Origin: a bacterium
GTDB lineage: Bacteria > Patescibacteriota > Microgenomatia > JAMCZE01
NCBI GenBank assembly: GCA_021836035.1
Contig: JAKBJL010000001.1
Span: 138,142 to 202,141, forward strand
DNA length: 64,000 bases
Direction of reading: 5' to 3'
This document shows, piece by piece, positions 57,595 to 64,000 of the stretch. Under the pieces are notes generated by a model that did no database searches, had not been told where the DNA came from, and saw only the letters and a program-made list of their open reading frames with translations. How positions within the stretch are numbered: the stretch's first letter is position 1; each line of letters starts with the position of its first letter. A program made the position numbers and the translations under genes.

Positions 57595-58296
57595 ATGGCT
57601 CGCATCAAATTGGCCCCGGCTGCTGAGTCGGAATCGGCCCCTCCGGAACCTACGGCCTCGCCGGTTGCCGCGCCCGCGGAAGTCACCGCGTCGCCTGCAA
57701 ACGGCGTGGACCGGGAATTAAAACAAAAATCCGGGGGCCGCTTTTCCGCTTTTGCTGCTTTTCCCGACGGGGTGAGTTTTACCGGCGAGGAGACCGGTGA
57801 AAATGTAATTTTACTTTTACGCCAACATATAATTACCAACGTTCCTTGGATTTTGGTAACAACCCTCCTTCTCTTAGCCCCGCTGGTTTTATTTCCCGCC
57901 TTTTTTATGGCGGGTATTATTCCGCCTGTTCCCGCCGGTTTTCGCCTGGTAGCTCTGCTTTTTTGGTATTTGGCAACGGGCACCTATGTCCTTTTAAATT
58001 TTCTCTATTGGTACTTTAATGCTTATCTTTTGACCAACGAACGGGTGGTGGATATCGATTGGTTTTCCATTATCTACCGTCGGGTAAGTTCTGCGCAGGT
58101 GAGTAAAATTCAGGATATCAGCGCGACGCAAAGCGGGGTGGTTGCCGGTATTTTTGATTTCGGCGATGTCGTGATCCAAACCGCAGGGGAGTTGCCGAAT
58201 TTTGATTTTGAAAACGTCCCGCATCCCCAGTTGGTAGCCAAAAAACTGAACGAAATGACGGAAAAGGAAGAAAAGCAATGGGAGGCTAATCCGTGA
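57595..58296 (+). CDS. Membrane protein with bacterial PH (bPH_2-like) domain
   Basis: LLRQH, two TMs, LTNERVVD, KIQD, FDFGDVVIQTAG, FENVPHP. Confidence 0.85.
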   Translation: MARIKLAPAAESESAPPEPTASPVAAPAEVTASPANGVDRELKQKSGGRFSAFAAFPDGVSFTGEETGENVILLLRQHIITNVPWILVTTLLLLAPLVLFPAFFMAGIIPPVPAGFRLVALLFWYLATGTYVLLNFLYWYFNAYLLTNERVVDIDWFSIIYRRVSSAQVSKIQDISATQSGVVAGIFDFGDVVIQTAGELPNFDFENVPHPQLVAKKLNEMTEKEEKQWEANP

Positions 58297-58529
58297 CCGT
58301 AGAGAATATTGCCGCCATTATTGCCTTGTTAAATATCTGGCTGTTTATCAAGTTGTTTGTTTTAGTTTTATTGTTTTTCTATTTTGTTCTTTCGCTGATT
58401 ATTACCCGGCAGGTTGACCTCATGAACCAGGTATTGGGGACGAGAATTTCGCCGGCCATTCAAACAGCTGTGGTTTTCCACGCGATTGCCGTGGGCATTC
58501 TTTTTTTCCTGGCGGTAGTCTTAATATAG
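58293..58529 (+). CDS. Small two-TM protein (DUF5657-like)
   Basis: IKLF..YFV.SLII.RQVDLMN; 4-bp overlap with the upstream gene. Confidence 0.7.
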   Translation: MTVENIAAIIALLNIWLFIKLFVLVLLFFYFVLSLIITRQVDLMNQVLGTRISPAIQTAVVFHAIAVGILFFLAVVLI

Positions 58530-58564
58530 GTTTTTTGCCTTGCTCCGTTGCGTTATACTAAGAT

Positions 58565-60577
58565 ATGCGAAAGCTCCTGTCCCAGACCTGCGTTAAGGTT
58601 TCCGGTAACCCCGCTCCCGGCAAGCTTTCTCTTGCTTTTGAATTTTCTCCGGAGGCGGAAGAAATCAGAACCACCCGGGGCAAACTTTTCGGGGCTCTGG
58701 AAATTTTTGACGGAGGAGAAGAAATCGATACGGCCCTGGGTAAAAGCGCCGTCGATTTTCTGGAGGAAACTTATTTTACCAACCTGGCTGGTTCCAATCT
58801 CACGGCGCTTAAGGAAGCTCTGGGTAAAGCGGTGGAATATGTTCGGGAACGGTTTCACGGCGGGACGGTCAATATCAATGTCGCCCTGGCGGTAGTCTGG
58901 GGAGAAATTGTGTATTTAGCGATTGCCGGGAGAGGGAAGGTAAACCTGTTGCGTCAGGGAAATTTAACCACTCTTCTGTGTGATGATAAAAGCGAATTTG
59001 TCCAGGGGGCTTCCGGATATGCCGGCGATCGGGACATCCTGGTTTTACAGACCGACAGCTTCGGGCAGATTGTTTCCGGGGAACAGCTTAAGAGCTTGCT
59101 GACCGAGAGAGATCCGGCGGAAGCAGCGGAAGCTTTGGTGCCGCTGATTCACAGCGAAGCGGCGGAAGGCGGGGGGGCGGGGGCCGCGGCGGTAATTTTG
59201 CAGTTTAAAGTAGCCGAAGTTCCGTCCGAAGAGGAGATGATTCGTTTTACGGTTCCGGAGGAAATGGTTCCCCAGCAGATTATCCCGACGGCTTTACCGG
59301 TTGCGGAATCGGGGGTGAAACTTGCGGCGCAAATGACCGGTATCCGGCAGAAAATAATAGGGAAGACGGAAAATTTTTTGCATACCCTTTTTGCCAAAAC
59401 CCCGGCGCGTCGTCCGGTTTATCTAATCTCCGGTTACCAAAAAACAAGCAATAAAAAAGCCATCCTTCTGGTTTTGGCGGTCCTGGTTTTTCTGGTTCTG
59501 ATTATTGCCGTCGTGCAACAGTTATTTATCCGCCAGAGTATCAACCGCTCCGGTTTGTTAAAAGAAGGCATGGCGCGGGTAGAGAAAAAAATGGACATCG
59601 GGATGTCGCTTAAGGGACTGAACGACCCGCTCGCTCGCAGTACCCTTTTAGAAGCTAAGGGGGACCTGACGGAGCTGGCGGTCCGCTTGTACGGGAAGGA
59701 GTGGGAAAGCAGTAAAAATGCCGATTTGGCTTCGGTGCGCTTATTGCAGGAAAAGATTGGGAACAATATTGCGGAAATTGCCCGGATTTATAAAGTCGAC
59801 TCCCCTACCACGTTTTACGACGTTAGCTTTTTAAAGGATAACGCCAAAATTTCCGCTGCCGTGCTGCGCGACGGGAGAATTACAGCGATAGATCGCGATT
59901 CCGGAACCGTTTTTCAGGTTGATGATAAAACTAAAGCTGGAACGCTCATTGCCGGGGACGAAAACTTTCGCGGAGCCAAATTTGTCGGCGTTCGGGCGGA
60001 TCTGGTTTATATTTTTGCGGACAAGGGCATTTATCAGATTAATACCTTAAATAATAAAAAGAGCCTGGCCATATCTTCCGATTCTCAATGGCAGGAAATT
60101 GGCGATTTGGCGACTTATGCGGGAAATATTTATTTATTGGATAAGAAAGCCGGGCAGATCTGGAAATATATGGCGACGGAAAACGGCCTCAGTACCGTCC
60201 GCAATTACCTTAATACTGATATCAAACCGGATTTTAGCCAAGCCCTGTCGCTGGCCATCGACGGCTCAGTCTACGTTTTACGTGCTGATGGGAATATCGT
60301 GAAATATACCCAGGGGCAACCGGATCCCCTAACGCTTTCCGGTTTGGACAAACCCCTTTCCAATCCCCGGAAAATCATCGCGGCCGACGATTTGGATAAA
60401 ATCTATCTTTGGGATGCGGGGAATAACCGGATAGTGACTTTTGACCAAAAAGGAGAGTACTTTTCCCAATATCAGTTTAAAAACGATTTTAAACCCGCTG
60501 ACTTTTTAGTTGACGAAGCGGCAAAGAAGCTCTTTCTCCTCTCCGGCAGCAAAATTTATAGCGTGGATTTGAAATAG
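58565..60577 (+). CDS. PP2C-like N-terminal domain + TM + beta-propeller protein
   Basis: G.V.LLRQG, ASG...D..VL.TD; TM near aa 300-320; blade motifs GNIYLLD...QIWKY, IDGSVYVL, IYLWD..N.RIV.FD. Confidence 0.7.
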   Translation: MRKLLSQTCVKVSGNPAPGKLSLAFEFSPEAEEIRTTRGKLFGALEIFDGGEEIDTALGKSAVDFLEETYFTNLAGSNLTALKEALGKAVEYVRERFHGGTVNINVALAVVWGEIVYLAIAGRGKVNLLRQGNLTTLLCDDKSEFVQGASGYAGDRDILVLQTDSFGQIVSGEQLKSLLTERDPAEAAEALVPLIHSEAAEGGGAGAAAVILQFKVAEVPSEEEMIRFTVPEEMVPQQIIPTALPVAESGVKLAAQMTGIRQKIIGKTENFLHTLFAKTPARRPVYLISGYQKTSNKKAILLVLAVLVFLVLIIAVVQQLFIRQSINRSGLLKEGMARVEKKMDIGMSLKGLNDPLARSTLLEAKGDLTELAVRLYGKEWESSKNADLASVRLLQEKIGNNIAEIARIYKVDSPTTFYDVSFLKDNAKISAAVLRDGRITAIDRDSGTVFQVDDKTKAGTLIAGDENFRGAKFVGVRADLVYIFADKGIYQINTLNNKKSLAISSDSQWQEIGDLATYAGNIYLLDKKAGQIWKYMATENGLSTVRNYLNTDIKPDFSQALSLAIDGSVYVLRADGNIVKYTQGQPDPLTLSGLDKPLSNPRKIIAADDLDKIYLWDAGNNRIVTFDQKGEYFSQYQFKNDFKPADFLVDEAAKKLFLLSGSKIYSVDLK

Positions 60578-60579
60578 TC

Positions 60580-60852
60580 TTATTCGGTATTGAATTCGCG
60601 AAAATTTCTTTGGGATGTCTCCAATTTAACGGCTGCCTCCTCTACCCTAGCCGCCGGCGGGCCTTTTTTTAATAGCCCGAGAAACTTTGCTAGATTTTCT
60701 TTTTTTCCTTCGGCAATAATTTCTACCCGCCCATCGGGAAGATTTCTTGCCAGACCTGTTAATCCTAATTTATCCGCCTGCGTTTTTGCCCAGGCGCGAA
60801 GGAATACTCCCTGGACCCGGCCGGAAAGGAAAACATGAAGACGGGAAGGCAT
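60580..60852 (-). CDS. acyP: Acylphosphatase
   Basis: SGRVQGVFLR, GLARNLPDGRVEI.AEG, GPPAARV; start at ATG 60852 just past the tRNA. Confidence 0.93.
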   Translation of the reverse strand: MPSRLHVFLSGRVQGVFLRAWAKTQADKLGLTGLARNLPDGRVEIIAEGKKENLAKFLGLLKKGPPAARVEEAAVKLETSQRNFREFNTE

Positions 60853-60856
60853 AAGG

Positions 60857-60943
60857 CGGAAGGTACAGGATTCGAACCTGTGTGAGCCTATTCGGCTCAA
60901 GGGGTTAGCAACCCCTCGCTTTGGGCCACTCAGCCAACCTTCC
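60857..60943 (-). tRNA. tRNA-Ser (GCT)
   Basis: GGAAGGT/ACCTTCC acceptor, AGGGG-TTGCTAA-CCCCT anticodon arm, long variable arm GAGCCGAATAGGCTC, GGTTCGAATCC T-arm, G discriminator; CCA not fully encoded. Confidence 0.97.
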
Positions 60944-60959
60944 AGACCCCAAGATTATA

Positions 60960-61607
60960 TCATCTAGCTTTTATCAGTTCTCCAATAAAGCATTCGTATA
61001 TCCCTAATAATTTCAATTGGACTTTGTAATCACCATACTTTAAAGTGCAGGTTCCCTTATAATCTTCTCGATGTTTTCCTCCATGAGGGGTGGTAATTGT
61101 AGGCTTGATGAAAACCTCCGTTGGAAGCTTAAGTAAATTTGACCAATAACTTTTTAGGGAATCAAAATCATGATTCGAATGGATTTGCAGATGAACCGAA
61201 AATTTTTCCTCATTTAGGTAAAACGATCTCCTCAGAAGATTTATAAAGGTTGCAACAAGGAAAGGGTTACTATTGGAAAAAGCTACTCCGCGATTGTTTG
61301 GATATTTCGATCCCTCACAACCATATAATAAACCCGCAAGTAACTTGGCCTTTGGCGAGGATAGAGAACAAACTTTGGGAACTATCCCAATCTCTGACTC
61401 TTTGATCTCACCACACTGTTTCCTATGTCGCCCAATTAAATAATCTCTAGATGTTCCGACCAATTCAAGATTCCAATTGCCAATGGTAGTATCGGGAATA
61501 TTAAATCTTTTACCAAGCTCAGAAAACGAGAGTTTTTCCTTTATTCTTGTTTCTTTGATTTGATTAACCAAGCTGTCGCTATATCTTTTTAGTGGCTTAG
61601 AATTCAT
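60960..61607 (-). CDS. HTH + LAGLIDADG-like protein adjacent to tRNA
   Basis: SFSELGKRFNIPDTTIGNW (HTH); LAGLLYGCEGSK, FSNSNP.LV..F; visibly AT-rich. ORF extends to 61646. Confidence 0.75.
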   Translation of the reverse strand: MNSKPLKRYSDSLVNQIKETRIKEKLSFSELGKRFNIPDTTIGNWNLELVGTSRDYLIGRHRKQCGEIKESEIGIVPKVCSLSSPKAKLLAGLLYGCEGSKYPNNRGVAFSNSNPFLVATFINLLRRSFYLNEEKFSVHLQIHSNHDFDSLKSYWSNLLKLPTEVFIKPTITTPHGGKHREDYKGTCTLKYGDYKVQLKLLGIYECFIGELIKAR

Positions 61608-61647
61608 AATGGTATATAAACCATTATTATATGACAAAGATATCATG

Positions 61648-62374
61648 TCAACGGGCTAAAGTAAGCGCGAAGACTTTCGGAAATCCCACATGTTTTAAGA
61701 CTGACCCGCAGCTTTTTAGGGTCGTCCCTGTTGTCCAAATGCCATCGACAAGAATGAGCGTATAACGGTTAGCGGAAAGCGTAAAGTTGAAACTGGGATT
61801 AATAGCGAAAATACCGGCCACATTTTTTGCCGCTCCTTTTCGGAAAGGCCCCGCTGTGATTCGGTCAGTGTGGTTCCGTTGAGTAAATTTTCCGCGACCG
61901 GAATACTTAGTTGTTTACTTAATTCCCGCGCCAAACTCGTTGACTGATTAAATCCGCGCTGTTTTTCCTTCCACCAATGCAGCGGTACCGGAATAAGAAG
62001 AAGATTGTCAAACTGTCTTTTTAAAATTGTGATCTACGGCTGAACAGCGCTTTGCTCCAATAAAATTTTTATCAGCCCTGCGGAAGCCGCGAAAGTGAAC
62101 GGCCGGAATTTTAAACGGCTGATAGCGTTTTTGATCGGTTGCTGATAAATAAATCCCGATAACAATCCGTCGAGGGAATATTTTGTCTGACAGCGGAAAT
62201 GGGTCCGGCCATGAATCGCGGGATATTCACAAACCGGGCAAACCCGGGGATTAACCGAATAATTTTCCCGGCAATCCTGACAAAAATAAACCCCGGTTTT
62301 CCACGCCCCAAACACCCCAGGAGAAACAGAAAATTTAATCTTCTTCCCCCAAAAGGATCGACTGTTATAATCAT
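61648..62374 (-). pseudogene. comF: ComF competence protein pseudogene
   Basis: LNFLF..C..GK, frameshift, YFCQDC..CPVC..IKNAISRLKF, stop at 62034-36, IPVPLH..RGFNQ..SQRGL, frameshift, ILVDGIWTTGTTL...VFALTLAR*. Confidence 0.88.
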
Positions 62375-62379
62375 ATTAT

Positions 62380-62817
62380 ATGCGCGTAATTAATCGCACC
62401 GCCAACTATAATTATGACATTTTGGAAAAATTAGAAGCCGGGATTGATTTGTTGGGGCCGGAGGTAAAATCCGTGCGCGCCGGCCAAGTTTCTTTAAACG
62501 AAGCTTTTGTGCACATTCGGGACGGCCAGGCGTATTTGGTTAACGCCCACATTCACCCTTACCAAAATTCCCAGGAATCGATCCTTCCTACCCGGGCGCG
62601 CCGGTTGCTTTTCCATAAAAAAGAAATCATAAGTTTAGCAAGTAAAGCCGCCACAGAAGGTTTGACCCTTATACCCCTGGCGCTGTATAATAAGGGCAAC
62701 ATCTTTAAGGTTGAGGTGGGACTAGGCAAGGGGAAAAAGAAGTGGGATAAGCGGGAAGCCTTAAAGAAAAAAGCCCAGGAAAGAGAAATCGATATCGCAT
62801 TACGAGGAAAAGAGTAA
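62380..62817 (+). CDS. smpB: SsrA-binding protein SmpB
   Basis: NRTANYNY, EAGI.L.G.EVKSVR, RRLLFHKKEI, GKGKKKWDKRE. Confidence 0.98.
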   Translation: MRVINRTANYNYDILEKLEAGIDLLGPEVKSVRAGQVSLNEAFVHIRDGQAYLVNAHIHPYQNSQESILPTRARRLLFHKKEIISLASKAATEGLTLIPLALYNKGNIFKVEVGLGKGKKKWDKREALKKKAQEREIDIALRGKE

Positions 62818-62846
62818 TTAGAGCAAGCGATTAAAAATTATCGTTT

Positions 62847-63201
62847 GGGGATGTACGAATCGACGGGAGAGCACTTTGAAAACGGCAAGCCGAAGAAGAA
62901 ACCTACTTCGTAAAAGATGGTTTCAAAACTTAAGTGCTGATAATCATCAGTACGCGTACGCTTACGCTTAAAAACGTAGACTAACGCTGTTCCCTAAATC
63001 TTTTTCCGGTGAGATTTTCGGAGCATAAACAAAGCCGGGATGCTGAAGACAAAGTTTGATTCTCTTTATCTTTATAAGCCGAACAATCACGCAATAATTT
63101 TCTTGTCGGCCCGACCAATTATTGCAAGAGTAAGAACCGAATAAGCTTGTAGATGTTTAGAAGTCACTTTCTCGCACGGGAGCTCACCCTCCCCATCTCC
63201 A
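62847..63201 (+). ncRNA. ssrA: tmRNA
   Basis: 5' GGGGATG...TCGAC pairs with 3' CATCTCC-A (G3-U); tag ORF 62936-62971 ADNHQYAYAYA*; directly after smpB. Confidence 0.93.
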
Positions 63202-63446
63202 CATCGCGGAAACCCAGTTCAGAAACCCTCTGGATTAGCTGTATCGAATAAGACAAACCAGGAGATCCAAACCCATTGCCGACAAATAGCCAGCAACCTA
63301 ATCTCTGTCGGGGTTTCTAACACGAACATCCTCCACCTGTATCCCCCGAAAACAATCGGTGTAGTCAATAATCCGACCGCAATTAGGAATAGACCGGAAG
63401 CACCGATTGATTTGACCAAGGAAACTAAATATACTATTCATAGTTC

Positions 63447-63929
63447 ATGAAAAATTTTGGAACTATCTTCTTGGTTGCAATGGCTATTTTAATGGCATTG
63501 CTGGCGTTTGGAAGCCTCAGTACGCCTGTTCCTGCCGCCGAGAAAGCGATAACGTTTCGTGATTTTATGATAATGTCCGGGTCGCTTTTAGCGATGTTGG
63601 TAATCTTTAATGTTGTCAAGACGCCTGCAGCCCCTCTTAAAATTTGTCCAAAATGCGGGACAAACAACCTCCGGACTGCAACTATTTGCGTACAATGCGG
63701 GCAACAGCTTGGCGATGTTACCACTACTACTGTCCAAGGCGTAGCAACACCCATTCAATATCTAAGCTCACCGCAAATGATTGTGGGAATTGTCTGCATG
63801 GCGTTTCTGGTAAATAGCGGCTTACTCGACAAAGACCTTACCGGCTTCTTTGCCCTCACGGGGGCGATCCTTGTAATCAAGACATGTGCTTTGATGATCT
63901 GGGGTTTTATAAAAGCCAGGCCAAAATAA
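63447..63929 (+). CDS. Membrane protein with zinc ribbon
   Basis: Four hydrophobic segments around CPKCG..CVQCG. Confidence 0.7.
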   Translation: MKNFGTIFLVAMAILMALLAFGSLSTPVPAAEKAITFRDFMIMSGSLLAMLVIFNVVKTPAAPLKICPKCGTNNLRTATICVQCGQQLGDVTTTTVQGVATPIQYLSSPQMIVGIVCMAFLVNSGLLDKDLTGFFALTGAILVIKTCALMIWGFIKARPK

Positions 63930-63936
63930 CCCTCTT

Positions 63937-64000
63937 ATGAAGTGTCCAAATTGCCAATTTGAAAATAATCCAGACACAAAATTTTGTGTCAAGTGCGGAA
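63937..64000 (+). CDS. Zinc-ribbon protein, 5' fragment
   Basis: MKCPNCQFENNPDTKFCVKCG, runs off the window. Confidence 0.75.
   Translation, partial: MKCPNCQFENNPDTKFCVKCG

Noticed and set aside
60853-60900. N-terminal extension of acylphosphatase in the ORF track
   Set aside because: Overlaps tRNA-Ser; the real start is ATG 60852.
61650-61710. G-U-rich hairpin resembling a small RNA
   Set aside because: It is the 3' coding end of the comF pseudogene (SCGSVLKHVGFPKVFALTLAR).
37200-62374. Stop-codon reassignment as an explanation for broken ORFs
   Set aside because: Conserved genes translate fully in code 11, TGA/TAG/TAA all act as stops, and the broken genes also contain frameshifts.
1-64000. 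CRISPR array or cas genes
   Set aside because: No regularly spaced 23-47-bp repeats with unique spacers; the lepA repeats are irregular and intragenic.

Overview
Origin-of-replication region of a small-genome bacterium, very likely Patescibacteria/CPR (Microgenomates-like; inferred from gene content), using the standard code 11. It carries the jag-yidC-yidD-rnpA-rpmH / dnaA-oriC-dnaN cluster, housekeeping genes (pcrA, tpiA, rpsT, murJ, lepA, rplY, rnhA, valS, tsaD, smpB, tRNA-Ser(GCT), tmRNA), pilN/pilO, many envelope and glycan genes, and scattered type IV secretion-like genes (four VirB2-like pilins, VirB6-, VirB4-, PrgI-like and an M23-tailed protein) with no relaxase or integrase. Three pseudogenes are visible (four-helix-bundle, SAM methyltransferase, comF). 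The strongest unexplained signal is a set of miniature repeats inside housekeeping coding sequences: 7-bp microsatellites in at least four families, plus a REP-like hairpin found at four sites in lepA and translated in all three forward frames. A decayed four-helix-bundle (Avd/IVS-like) gene bracketed by inverted 9-mer arrays is a possible partner. Other candidates are a ~170-nt rod-shaped intergenic RNA (6S-like), an AT-rich HTH-LAGLIDADG-like gene abutting tRNA-Ser, an epimerase-DUF4012 fusion lacking its catalytic Tyr, and pervasive leaderless promoters. All family calls come from manual motif recognition; no searches were run.
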